Assembly: GCF_026571515.1 (NCBI RefSeq) | Contig: NW_026852998.1 | Coordinates: 434,001-498,000 of the forward strand | Length of the DNA stretch: 64,000 nt | From: Ruditapes philippinarum | Taxonomy: Eukaryota | Direction of reading: 5' to 3' | Part shown: positions 27,001-39,643 of the stretch, one piece after another | Layout of the letters: each line of letters starts with the position of its first letter | How positions within the stretch are numbered: the stretch's first letter is position 1 | Made by a program: the position numbers and the translations under genes | The notes under the pieces: generated by a model | What the model was told of the DNA's origin: nothing | Database searches by the model: none | Seen by the model: the letters and a program-made list of their open reading frames with translations, nothing else

Positions 27001-28349
27001 CTAAACCCACAGCCAATGAACTTCCTACCTTACCTTTTGGTTTAGAAATACAGCCAAGTGTTCATGAAATAATATCTAAACGAGGTGCTGATGAAACATT
27101 TGATGAACATTTTAGGAAAAATATAAAAGGTGGAAAAGCAGCGTATTATAGAAAGCGTGGATTACACGGAACCACTCCAGAGATGGGTGGTAGAGGTGGA
27201 TCAGATACGCGATCTATACAGTCTAGTAGAATGTCTGAGTACTCAGCCGGAGATTTATCTTCGTACTACGATACAGCCGCAAATTCTAGACTGTCTATCG
27301 CAGATTTAGGCTCAAAATCACCTAGAAGTTCTCGTACATCATTTGCTGATGGTTCCGATTTAGAAAGTCCACGACTACCTGGTTCGCGTCACACTCCGAC
27401 GCCGCTTGACGAGGATGACATGGAAATTGAACATGAATTGACCAATATTCCATTTAAGGAGAAAGTACATGTGAATGGTACAGATACTTTAACAAGAGAA
27501 TCAACTCTTGAGAATATGCCAAATGAAGTGTTTGATGTTAAACCACCTTCTCAGGCATCTGATTATGATAATATGAATGGTGAAAATATGAATGGAAATG
27601 CCGATTATGATAACTTGGAAAATGAGCCAGTAGAATTAAATGTTGAACATATACAGTCTATCCCTGTGCAATATGAGATACCAGTAAAACATCTGTCATC
27701 GCAACCACGTCGTGTCCCAATACCTGATATCCCTATAAGATATGACAATACTGTGCAAGTACCTGTTAAACATGAAAGTTCAGTAGAAACTGCGCACATT
27801 AACCATTCACCTACCATTGTTGTGAAACCTCATACGCAGGTACATTCTATACCAATCAGTAAATCTGATGGTTTTATAATAGACGGAAAACTTCCTCCGA
27901 CAGAAGATGTCTGGATTGAACGGAAAGAAAATCAGATAGTTGTTAATAAAGAGACAATGGACGTATCCTCTAGTGTTCAGAATGGTGTCAGTGCTCAGTC
28001 ATTCACATCTTCAGTTAAGAAACGATCTTCAGAACGCCCACCTTCCAACAAGTCTAGTCATAATCCCGCAAGTCCACGTCATCCCACAGAATTCAGGCAC
28101 AGTCCACAGAGGGGAAATAGCAAAAGTAATCCAAATACTCCTACATATTCGGAACATGGCAGTCAGCCATTCCCGTCACCAAAGTTTGTTTCCCAGCTTC
28201 AGATACGAAGGCAGCCAGGTATAAGTACAGAACAACAAAATGGATACAGTATGCAGATAGATTACACCGAGCAACAGATGCAAACACCTCAACGATCAAG
28301 ATCATCACAGTCAAATGTTAAAAGGGAGATAAATGTGCATCACCTTTAA
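15080..28349 (+). CDS. USP6NL: USP6 N-terminal-like protein (RN-tre), TBC-domain Rab GTPase-activating protein, 13 coding exons, about 814 aa
   Basis: Exons 15080-15089, 16896-16975, 17535-17620, 18898-18940, 20209-20289, 21843-21950, 23537-23646, 24439-24553, 24738-24792, 25283-25377, 25784-25849, 26229-26328 and 26854-28349. All introns are GT-AG and phase-compatible (2445 nt). Motifs: [40 protein letters not shown]-finger [14 protein letters not shown]-finger [28 protein letters not shown], followed by a long Ser/Pro-rich tail. Confidence 0.95.
16541..16727. repeat. 21-bp minisatellite (GTACTTTAGTTTCCATGGGAA), about 9 copies
   Basis: Direct tandem repeats in a USP6NL intron. Confidence 0.9.
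18650..18786. mobile_element. Short MITE
   Basis: TIRs GCAAGGGTAAAAGTT and AACTTTTACCCATGC, with internal TTCAGGA/TCCTGAA repeats. Confidence 0.6.
19006..19240 (+). mobile_element. tRNA-derived SINE (Meta-domain-like) with Pol III boxes
   Basis: A box TGGCAAGGTGG (19017) and B box GGTTCGAATCC (19071), then TCATGTG..CAGCT..GGTCAGTGGTTCT..CAGGT, shared with the other copies. Confidence 0.7.
19355..19943 (-). mobile_element. HINE/pearl-type non-autonomous Helentron-like element
   Basis: T-run plus terminal hairpin TGTCGCCTCTACGGAGTAGTGGCGACA, (GTCT/GTCC)n microsatellite, about 3 core repeats, subterminal inverted repeat GAGGCGACAC, and a CTCTTGTT end. Confidence 0.75.
20372..21484 (-). mobile_element. 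HINE/pearl-type element with about 6 tandem core repeats of about 160 bp
   Basis: Starts TTTTAGCTCGACT, has GGCGTC repeats, six units beginning GG(T/G)ATCAACTTCA.ACTTCAAATA, subterminal AGTCGAG, hairpin CTGTCTCCTGTGACAG, and a CTCTTGTT end. Confidence 0.8.
23341..23482 (+). mobile_element. Meta-domain-like SINE, diverged 3' part
   Basis: TACGGAA..GGTGGTTCTA..GGTCTTCCTCAACCAGTAAAGCTGGAAAGTC..TAAACCCAACAAA. Confidence 0.6.
24825..25017. mobile_element. Diverged MITE-like repeat sharing the GATC.TGATCAGA module with the palindromic family
   Basis: TGGACTTGTCCATCTTTCA..AACAGTGCAGATCATGATCAGA..GGTCTGCACTGGT. An inverted fragment (TGAAAGATGGACAAGTCCA) lies at about 40232. Confidence 0.5.
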
Positions 28350-31300
28350 GTACAGATAAATTCCCCTTATTTTTGTTAGACATAACTCTTATTTGCTAGA
28401 AATAGTTTAAGAAAAAATTGCATTTATAATGCATTATATCCGATAGTATATTTTACTCTTAGTATATTTTACTATATACAGTATGTTAAGACTTATAAGT
28501 AAAATGTTGTCACAAAAATTCACACATCAACAGTTAACTGCTAGTTTAATTTTAAACATTTATTTAAGTTTTGTGTAGTTATAAAATTACTGTATTACAT
28601 CTCCCAACATGTTAGACTGTATTTCATTTATATTTCATCCTGGTTACTGTTAGCTATATAATTTTTTAATGTCATGGTAACTAAGACCACAATGTAATTT
28701 GCAATAGGAAATTTGAATCATTTAGATGATTAAGTTGACAAATTTTAACTCAATTTAGTTGACAAATTTAACTTGATTTAGTTAACAAATTTAAACATTA
28801 CAAATATTTTTTTTGCAAAGAATTACTACTGGAATTTGTTTTTTAGGAGAACATGATTACTACTAATGTACATTAGGAAATAAAAACATGATAAACTAAT
28901 CAAATACTAAATTATGCTTATGATTTGTATTACTCTGTCTCATTTTGTATTTTCGGCATTGGACAAATATGATAGGTGGATAAGATTTATATTTGGACTT
29001 CTAACATTGTAGCTATGTTAGGTCTATAATCAAACTACAGCTTTTGTTGTTGCCTATAAAAGAGTATTTGAGATATTATGTGATGTGTTTTAAGTTTAGT
29101 AAGAATGTAATGTGGATGTTGGCTTCTAATCTGATGGTTTAAGTGCTATGCTTTATAATAAAAAGTAAAAACAAGACGAAGTGCTGCCATAACTTGCCAG
29201 AGTGATAAAATCTCTATTACAGATATGAATATATCACATTATGTTATGTTTGAGGTTATACAGTTATATACTTCTGTTGAGGTCAATAAATAGTTTAACT
29301 GACCTGATAGCAGATAATGACCAAGGACATAATTTCAATGTAAAGTTGAAAGATAGTTCACAAAGTCAACATCATTAATGTTATGATTTATTATTTCTGC
29401 TGTGTAACATTTTACAGTTTTTTTCATGACATCACAGTCCAATAAGAATTTTGTTAATTATTATTTTGTGGCAAAAACAAAATTTAATAAATCAAAATCC
29501 ACATGTATAATAGTAAGTGAAATTACATTTAATGCTTGAATACTTTTGCTGCATGTTGAAATATGTTGCTATGCTCAGTTACAGCTGATTTTGAACTTAA
29601 ATAATAATAATGTCTTAATAGTTACAAAATGACAAAATATTTTTGAAGTATGTAAATATATTTTTGGTATTTAAGAATTATAGAGCTGTATTCCACAGTT
29701 TAAGTATTACACATGACTATGTCAGCCAAATAAAAAAATTTAATGTACAATTTACACATATTATTGTAAAATAGCTATTTTTCTGGGGAAAATGTAGTAA
29801 ATAAGATATCATCATTAAGTTAGATATTTGGAAAATTTATTTTATGCAGTATTAAGTAATAAAGGGGTGTTATCTGATAATCATTGAGGATATTGGTACT
29901 TGATTCAAGTGACATTGTTAAATGACAACTTTGTCATTGTTTTTACTGAATAGTTGTTTTGAAAGTCAACATCCTGATTGATTGTTGATAAGTTAATACA
30001 TCTTATATCAATCTCTAGTGGTTTATCCTACTTTTTTTAAATCTTTATTTGTTTTTTGAGGATTTTTTTTTTGTTCTCTTGTATAGGTTTAGTTGTCATA
30101 TTGAGTTTAAGATTACAGTATAAATTGTTACAACCTATAAACATGTACATCTATTCATAAATTATTGTTTAGCAGAGGCAGTTTTATTCATTTGTAATTC
30201 AAATAATTTTAACAATCAGTTATATAAGTAAAAAAAAAATGAGGTTTAAGAAATTGAAGAAATACTCTTAATTGAATAGAAAATTAGGAACAGAACAGAA
30301 CAAATATTTTATTTGACTTAAGCATTACAAGCTCATGGTTTTTAAATAATGAAAAGAAAAAAAGTTAAGTAATGAAAAGAAAAAACATACATATTCTTGG
30401 TATTAGTTATAAATGATATAAGGTAATGCCGGGAAAGTTACAGTGATGGTTAAGGTGGATTGTGAGGTGTAATAATAAAGTACTGTTGTTATACAATATT
30501 GTTATATCATGTTATAAAAAAGATGTTAAATATATTTTATCTTATTATATGTTGTGCAATATAACTCTAGGCTCATGTAACAGAAATATTTATCTTATAG
30601 TGAAGTACTTGTACATAAATAACGATAGATATTGAAGAAGAAAGTAGGTAAATCTGCCATGTAAAATATTAATTGTCATATTTTTACTGACTTAATATTA
30701 TAAGAACTATTTTTCAAATCACTGTAGCATTGGTTAAGACTTGATAACAGATTGACTGCTTAGCTGATTGAATTAAAATGATTTTTTTCCCACTGAATTT
30801 ATTCCATTTTTCATCCCAAAAATCAAAAACATTTTATCATTTAGTTAATTGTATACAAAATTTGACCTGTATGTTAATAAGATACAAGTAGTAGAATGAT
30901 GATTTTGACAGTTTCATTCTGTAAAAAGCAGCTGTATTATTATTGCTCGCGAAAGAAGTTTTATTCAAAGAATATGGAAAATATTTCATCATAAACTTTG
31001 TGTTCAAACTTTACAAAATGCATTTGGAAAAAAAAATGGCAATTGTACAATGTCATTTTTTTTAAGCATACATTATCAAAATCAACAAAATATCATGATT
31101 TTTTTTATATATATAGTTAAACAGTTGTATTTTTAGAAATAAAATGGATATTTTTTCATTTTATAGTAAAAATGCTTAAAGAATTGTAAATCTTATTTGA
31201 AGAAATGTAAATATTTCTTTGTTTTGTGCCAATTTGCTGTCCCTGCACACTCCCCTAATGCATAGACATATAAGTATGTGATGTATTGTACTAATTTACA

Positions 31301-31865
31301 TTGTTGTAGTTAGAAGATATAGCTGCATGCTTGTAACCATAGCGATAAGATGACGAAGAACATATGCTGTGATAATTTGTTTTCCTAGAATATTTCTTAG
31401 GTGCGCTCAATGTTGTATCGTGTTTTTTACTTATCAATGAAAACAATGTTTAAATTCCCATTCTTGCTGTTTATTTTTGTTCCCTCATATATGAAAAGTA
31501 GGGTATATGTTATTTGATTTGAAAGTTTAAAAGTTAAAAAATGCTCAGCTTTTGTTGACTTTAAAATTATTAACTCGCACTACATATCCCTGGAAGATGA
31601 TAAAATACAATGTTGTAGATAATCTTTATTATTGAACAATATTAGTTATGCGTTAAAATTTAGACTGATTTTAAAATTTGACAAATGATACAAATTTGAC
31701 ATAAAAAAATTTAATATAATTTAAAGTAATATTTGATATGCAATACTTAACCAGAAAATTCAGATTGTTAAAAAGAAATACTTTCAAGCTAATAAAAACC
31801 CTGCAACGAAGTGCAAAAGGAGTATTATATTGTTTGCTTTAGATACTGCTTCTTGTTTTTATATT

Positions 31866-32102
31866 TGAGCCGTGTCATGACAAAACCAACATAATGGGTT
31901 TGCGACCAGCATGGATCCAGACCAGCCTGCGCAACCGCGCAGTCTGATGAGGATCCATGCTGTTCGCTTACAAACTCTATTACAAGTAGAGAAAGTGATA
32001 GCGAACAGCATGGATACTGATCAGACTGCGCGGATGCGCAGGCTGGTCTGGATCCATACTGGTAGCAAACCCATTATGTTGGTTTTGTCATGACGCGGCT
32101 CA
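31866..32102. mobile_element. Palindromic MITE (about 100-bp arms, about 30-bp loop), full copy
   Basis: TGAGCCGTGTCATGACAAAACCAAC...GTTGGTTTTGTCATGACGCGGCTCA. Same family as 45474, 58632, 61148 and 4152. Confidence 0.92.
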
Positions 32103-34534
32103 TTTTATCAACTATCTGTAATTGTTATGACTCTCAAATGTTAACCTGATATTGTAAGCTTGATGTTCATAATTCTTCTATTTTTTCCCCCATTAATAAT
32201 GTTTTCATCTGTAAATTTTGTAATATCGTAAAGTTACGTGTGGGAATCACATAATTTGTATATGTTAGAAACATTGGAATATGAGAAAAGCTGTATATAA
32301 TTTTGTTGTTTTTTTACGGAGAAATAAATAAAGATCTGGTCAATCTGTGACTGACCTGAATTAAGATTGTTTGAATCTGTTAGAAAAAGGGAGTACTTGC
32401 TGTTTTGTATAATTGGTGTTTAACGAGGGCACAGTTAGAAGCTGTTAAGCCTCTTAAATTATTCAATGAATATCAATTACAACCATTTATCACCAGAACC
32501 ATATGATTTTGACTATATAACTTGGTTATGTATAAATAGTGTTTTAAAGAATTTAGCCGTTAACTAATAATATCATTTATATAATATCATTGTTTTTGTA
32601 AACTTAGACAACAGAGATGAGATATCTCATGCAAGTGTTTGATATACATGTATATTATTTCCCTTTAACAAATCTTGCTTTGTGTAAGTTTCTCTGTTTA
32701 GAAACTTTGAGAGGTTTGCTTACTGACTTGTTTCATGAACTGGTGACATAAATATATTGTTTTTATTAAGTTGATTAGAGATGAACCAAAGATTATGAAA
32801 ACAGATAAAGGCCTATATGAACTATTATAGCTGGATAAAATAGTTGTTATGATGATAATAGCATTAAATAATTTATAAAGAACAGATTAGTTACATTCAT
32901 TGTTAGATAGTAAAAAATCAGCAAATATTGTCATTTTCTGTTAACTGCAAGGATACAAATTTTTGCCTATACATACTTTGTTTTACTGTATGTATGGGAC
33001 ATATCACATGCACTAATTAAACCCAATTGAATAAAAATCTGTATTTTATGAATGTATCATTGTGACGTGGTATCTTGTAACTAATGTAATGTGTTCACTT
33101 TATGGTTGACAACATAGAACAAGGATACATATAGTAAGTGGGTTGTTATAAGACTTTCTTGATTTATTACTTGTATTTAGCTCTCTCTTTGATTTTAATA
33201 CAACAGATCCAACTTGGCTGTTCCAGGTCCTGTGTAATTATGGTGAAACAAAATCATCAAGTCTATCTAACAATAAACCTAGTATATAAGTACAATCAGA
33301 AGTTACAAGTTTCTTGTATACATATTAGATGTAGGAAATGACAAACTTACGGGAATTTATACTTACTTATGATGAATGGTATAACTAATAAAAATCGTGA
33401 TTTAAAGCTAAAGGTGTCAAAATCTCCTCTGTTTTTATTGTGCTGTAAATGGCAACAATCTTATCTGTTGATACTATGTCGCGATGAAAACATAACAGTA
33501 CAGATAGATATAGAAATGTTCAAAGTAAGAGAATTCAAAGATAAAGTGCCATATGTATATATGCTAAATTGTTAAAAGTAGAAGGAAATGATATTTAATA
33601 TTAGAAAAGGAAGATATTTAAGGAAGATATTTTAAACATTTTGGATTAGAGGAGACAGAGATTTCCTGATATTAGAAGACATGATATATGTTTGAATATT
33701 ATAAGAAAATAATAGTGTTTTGATTTAATGTACAATATATATATGCTTAAATGATGAGATTTTGTAGTTTAGAATTTTCATTAAATGTTGTCAAGTGTGT
33801 TGATGTGACATCTTAATTGTTTATTCCCTGTACATCCTTCACCACAGTGCAAAAAGTGCCCAAGTGCCATAATTTAAAGGAGAACTTGTACACTTTTGGC
33901 TACAGTGAAGATTATATTTGTTTTTTTGTTACAAATGTTATTTTATTTTTATACTCTTCCAAACATGTTGCTTGTAGGAATTTGTTTATTTAGGGCCCAA
34001 ATTGTTTTTGTGTTATTGTTTTAAAGTTTGTTTTTATGTAGGAAATTATTTTAAATACACATTAATGTTCAGTATATTCCATCTAGTAGAATAAGGAAAT
34101 TTTGACAAAATGCTTGTCTGATCTATCGTTTAACCTTTACCTTGCTAATTATGTGTCCTTCTTGAAATTTGAAAATGTTTGTTGTTATTTTGGTGGATTT
34201 CAGCATCAAAATATTATAATCAGGCAGTCATTAGAAGTAGAAAATTTGGTCATAATGTCTAGAATAAACATCAGTTTGATGTTGTTTACTATTACGGCAG
34301 TCCATAAATGATTGAAGAATGAAAACAACAAAAATATAGAGAAAGTTATTTCTCCCATTTTCTTACAGTACTATTATTCATGTATTTTACTAGCTAATTT
34401 GATTTCTAACATAAGAAAACCAAAAAGAATTCTTAGCTTGTTTTACTCAATTAAAAGTTTAATAGGTACACAGATGTACTTTCAATTTTATGTGACTAAT
34501 TTTAGATTTACTTTTCAAGGAATGAGGAGTGTTA

Positions 34535-34783
34535 CTTTACTCACCCTGGCATTGGCGTCCCTAAGTTTTTGTGTGCAAAACTATTAAAGGGAATGGGTGA
34601 AACTTCATACACTTATTTGAGAACATTTTAGGAGTTCACTGTCCAAGACCCATAACTCAAACACGTATTTTGACAGAATTATGGCTCTTTTTGAGTTTTT
34701 ACAATTCTACATTATCCAGGCTCTTGTTTTACTATCAAGCATTGAGAATTGTTGAGCACCCCTCCCTACTGACAGCTCTTGTT
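34535..34783 (-). mobile_element. Degenerate HINE-type element related to 36913-37830
   Basis: TACTCACCCTGGCATTGGCGTCC..TAAGTTTTTG..GAAACTTCA..CCCATAACTC..ATTATGGC..GACAGCTCTTGTT. Confidence 0.55.
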
Positions 34784-36912
34784 TTAGAGAATATATCACA
34801 TTTTGTTCTTTATTTACATAGATGGAATACATTGAGCTGATTTACTACATGTGTTCAATAGATTTGTTATTTTTATTTTTTACTCAGAACTATAAAGATA
34901 AGCTCAACTTCTGTGTGAAGTATACATTTATTTCTATCTAAAACTGATAGAAATTCACATCTATTTCTGTCTACCACTGATGGAAACACATAAATTATGT
35001 ACTGTTGGAAATATACAGTCATGTATTTCTGTCTACAACATCCTAGATTCATTCAGACAATATAATATTATGGTCCAAGGTTAAAACATTACCTTTTTAA
35101 TTACCGTCTAACAGGTTCTTTAGTTTACATATATCATTCATCATAAGTATTTCTTCTTTTTCTCAATCTCTATTGTATCACTAACATTTTGGATCTCAAA
35201 AAATTATATATACACAGGTGATGGGGGAGTGTTGAAGTTTGAATTTATTTTAATTAAGGGTTTGAAATAAACAAGGTTAATTATTGACTCAGGAATTTAT
35301 AAGAAAGCCCTAGTCAGACAACTGTGTATAGTCTCCTTTTTATGTCATCTTTAACAAAATTAAAAAAATAATTTGAGAGGGAATTTTATATGTCTGTGTG
35401 TTTAACAAAAGTAATATCACATGAATTAACACCAATATTTAAATATTTTACAAATGTTTAAAAATTCTTCTATATTATATTCTTCTCTTCTTTTCTTAAT
35501 GTTTCTTCTTTCTTCAAATTTTGAAGAAAAAAACGTCCATTTACGTTGTATTATTTTCCATTCATCTTGTTTTTCCATCATTATGAAAATATAAAGATAT
35601 ATCTTGATAGTGAAATATTTTATATATCACAACTGGTTATTCCAGATCTTTTTATTCAGTTTATCGTTCATTCTCTTACAAACTACCATGATGCAGTAAA
35701 AGGTAATATAATGGACACTATTAATTTATATAGCATAAAGATATTGTATCGGTTCTTTCAAGTTACTGACCAAAGCTATGGATGATTTTGACACAAAGTA
35801 AAATGTTTATATAATTTATTCATGAATGAATAAATGTAATTTACATTTCTACAGACTTTGATAGCTTATAGAAAGAACCATCGTCATTTCTGTTCAATAT
35901 AATTTTGTTTTCTCCTTGATATTTTGTTGTAGAACTTTTTGTTTTCTATGCAACATTTCATTTGTGCACATAGAATTATAAATTAAATTATCAGTCTTAT
36001 ACACATGCTTGTTGTTGTTTCTTTTATTACATTATGTGTTGATTGACACGTGAACATAAGACAGAAGACTTGCAGCAAAAATATGTTCAAATAGTTAAAT
36101 TTTACACACAATAACTTACTTTATCCCATGTGACTTTTCGCAGTGTCCTCCCCTTGTTAAAGAGTCAGTTTAGGTAACTACCCATGATTCTTGGAATAGT
36201 AAAATGTTTAACAACATTTGCATTTTACAGTTGTGTACCTTGATTTGCTATGATGAATTTGCAGTTTAAACATATTTTATTCCTTTCAATTTTTACAAGA
36301 TTTACAATACAAATATATAGAAAAAATACATTTTGAAAGAAAAAGGGTTGGACCACAAGTTCAAATAACAGTAATTCTGTCCGTCCCTAATACGACTATA
36401 AAAAAGATATTGATTGAATAAATTATTACAAAACAGAAGAGTACACATGTTTAATGGATGAAAAAAAGCAGTTGAATTTGTTGTGATGTATACCGTCTGC
36501 AATTGAAAAAAGAAATGTTCAGCATCTTCAAAAGCATAACCGCATTCACAAGATGCATTTTCTGTTAAATGATTTCTAAGTAAATCAGCATTTAAATGGC
36601 TAACGAATTTGAGCGTTTAAAACCGAGTGTAGATGATCCCCGACACAGAAAAAATAGGAACTGTTGCGGGTTTGTATTCTCATCTATGATGAGTGGACAA
36701 AATGCATTCACATGGTATTACTACGGTTACGTTAGAGTTGCGACCCTGTATTCGTCTGGAGAGACGCTTAGTCCGCTTTGAAACTTGTATCATAATTGGT
36801 TATGTAAATGTATCGCAACAATTGTGTATTAAATGTATATACTTCAAAACACGTTTTTATAGTTTCTCCCTTTTTACATAGGCAAGAATGAAAATTTTAA
36901 CTAGTAAATTGA

Positions 36913-37830
36913 TTTTTAGCTCGACTATTCGCAGAATAATCGAGCTAATGCAGTCACCCATTTGTCGGCGTCGGCGTCCCTGTGGTTAAGTTTTTGTTTG
37001 TAAGCTGGTATCTCCATAACTACTGAAGGGAATGGATTGAAACTTCACACACTTGTTCTCTGTGATTATCTAAGATGATTGGCACAAGTCCCATAACTCT
37101 GATTTGCCTTTTTACATAATTATGCCCCTTTTTAGACTTAGAAATTCCTGGTTAAGTTTTTGCGTGTAAGCTGGTATCTTCATAACTACTGAAGGGAATG
37201 GATTGAAACTTCACACACTTGTTCTCTGTGATTATCTTAGATGATTGGCACAAGTCCCATAACTCTGATTTGTTTTTTTTACATAATTATGCCCCTTTTT
37301 CAACTTAGAAATTCTTGGTTAAGTTTTTGCGTGTAAGCTGGTATCTCCATAACTACTGAAGGGAATGGATTGACACTTCACAAACTTGTTCTCTGTGATT
37401 ATCTAAGATGATTGGCACAAGTCACATAACTCTGATTTGCTTTTTTGCATAATTATGCCCCTTTTTGACTTAGAAATTCTTGGTTAAGTTTTTGTGTGTA
37501 AGCTGGTATCTTCATAACTACTGAAGGGAATGGATTGAAACTTCACACTCTTGTTGTCTGTGATTATCTAAGATGATTGGCACAAGTCCCATAACTACGA
37601 TTTACTTTTTTCGCATAATTATGCCCCTTTTTTTATTCATAAATTCTTGGTTAAGTTTTTGTGTGTAAGCTTGTATCTCCATAACTACTGAAGGGAATGT
37701 ATTGAAAGGGTTCGTACCTTTTCGGACAGTTTAATGTATTCATATAGGTTAGCATTATTATACTCAATGAAACACCCTTGTGACAAATTTTCGAATAGTC
37801 AAGCGTTACTGTCCTCCGACAGTTCTTGTT
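36913..37830 (-). mobile_element. HINE/pearl-type element with about 4.3 tandem core repeats of about 166 bp
   Basis: Terminal hairpin TAGCTCGACTATTCGCAGAATAATCGAGCTA, (GGCGTC)n, units at about 36984, 37150, 37317, 37482 and 37649, subterminal CGAATAGTCAAGC, hairpin CTGTCCTCCGACAG, and a TCTTGTT end. Confidence 0.85.
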
Positions 37831-38610
37831 TTATTAACTTTGCATGATCAAAGAGAACTGAGATAGATAATAATCGTGACACAAAATTGTATCAATTGTT
37901 ATTCTAATTAATCGTGTAAAGTTAAAAATCTGTCAACTGATTTCAATTGTCTTTCTTTGTCAACATGTATGTGAGAAACTTTAGGGAATAACTTTTATAA
38001 ACTATATAGAAACGACTCTACTTGAGTGAAATTTAGCATGCTTAAGTAATACCAACTGGGGAAACCCAACCGTGTATCCTTATCAACCAGTGCATTTTTC
38101 GTCAACGGTACAGAAAAAAGACATGAGAGTTGTTTATTAAAACTTAAAATCAATCTTCTATCAGTGGTGTTCACTGGCTGTTTAAACAGGAATTGACCGC
38201 GCAGATAAGAACATAGGAAAAGCCATGCACAGCATGGTAGAAGCATTGATTTTGTTACATATACATTGTTTTAATATATACCAAAAATAACGAACGTGCC
38301 ATTTAAATATTTCCCTTTTTGTGGTACTATAAAATGATAAAATATTTGACGTAAGTAAAGGTAAAAGTTTAAAATCTTCTGTGCACCGTAACGATCAGAT
38401 ATTCTTATTCTGTTAGTGCAATTAATCTAAGTTCATTTCTGCTAATTAAACACAAGGTAAACTTGAGTGCACTTCAGGTACGAAGTCATTTAACATAATA
38501 TATACACCTGAAATATACACCTGCACACCCAGCATTTTGCCCCAATTTTGACATGACCACAACTGACATTTTGAATTTTATTTGGGCAATGGTACGAATC
38601 ACCTGTAGTC

Positions 38611-38727
38611 AACCTGCACCAAGCTCTGCACCAATTATCTCAAAATCGCATTAGACGCCTGACTGGCAGTATGAGGAGAAGGGTTGAGGCTATCATCCGG
38701 GCACGTGGCGGTTACACGCATTATTAA
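38611..38727 (+). pseudogene. C-terminal remnant of a Tc1-like transposase (internally deleted element of roughly 38275-39885)
   Basis: Translates to NLHQALHQLSQNRIRRLTGSMRRRVEAIIRARGGYTHY*, matching the Tc1 C-terminal SMxRRxxAVIxAxGGxTxY motif. The outer ends are only weakly supported. Confidence 0.75.
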
Positions 38728-38795
38728 AATTTGGCTATATAATGTTATTTTAGGTTACGTAATCGTCAACATTTACCAAAAATATCCGCCGGTAA

Positions 38796-39643
38796 AACCC
38801 CAGTCACACTTGAGCTTACGATTACTTGCGACCACCGGCGACATGTAAAACCGACGATCATCGGCGAATGTCTGCGACCAAAACCTCTTTGCACAGATAA
38901 ATTTACTTCCGCGATTATCGTACGACCAGTCATTGCCAATTGTGCGAGAACGTACGATGGTCTCAAGATTGCCCGGGATTACTTACAACTACCTTGTTGT
39001 ACTACCATCTACCTAAAGACTATCAGTGACTAGTGGCAATTTGGAAAGACTGTCGTAAGATTGTTGCACGACAGTTTTGCGATTAACAAAAACCTTAAAA
39101 AGACTGATGAATTGGAGGTATAAATAATGACATTACAGGGAAACATTTACTTTAATCACAGTAGCGAGATAGTAATCAACCCAGAATGGTTATGGCCGAC
39201 GCACCAATAAGACTGCAGTGATAGAGCTGCAAATGCAATTGCAACAACTAGTTGTCATTTGTAATCGTGGGTGATCGTAAGACAGGTCGCTACTAGTCGC
39301 ACGGTGATCTTACGACTATGGAAAGACAACCTGCGACTAAGTGACAAGGACATCGGCGGCGACCAGTTGAAGATTATTAGAGACTTTCGAACGACGATCG
39401 TGCAACAGTCTAAGACCTTATGAGATCACTTGCGACCTTTTGATTTCAGAGAGGTTTTTGTGCAAGCTCAATAACCTCCCTGCGACTGAAATTGGTCGTG
39501 GGACCATAATAAGATAATCTGCGACTGTCGAAGATCACCGGTGACGACCGTCGTAAGACTTTTTTAAGATTGTCCGCGACTAGAGGTCACTGGTGATCGT
39601 CAACTGGTCTTTAGTGGTCGTAAGCTCTAATGTGAATGGGGCT
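38796..39643. mobile_element. PIF/Harbinger-like non-autonomous element inserted just downstream of the Tc1 coding remnant
   Basis: TIRs AACCCCAGTCACACTTGAGCTTACGA versus the reverse complement of the right end, AGCCCCATTCACATTAGAGCTTACGA. TAA/TTA flanks and many internal CGAC/GTCG motifs. Confidence 0.7.

Noticed and set aside
27540-27575. Eps8-SH3 PxxDY motif in USP6NL
   Set aside because: The sequence is PPSQASDY, and the spacing does not fit PxxDY.
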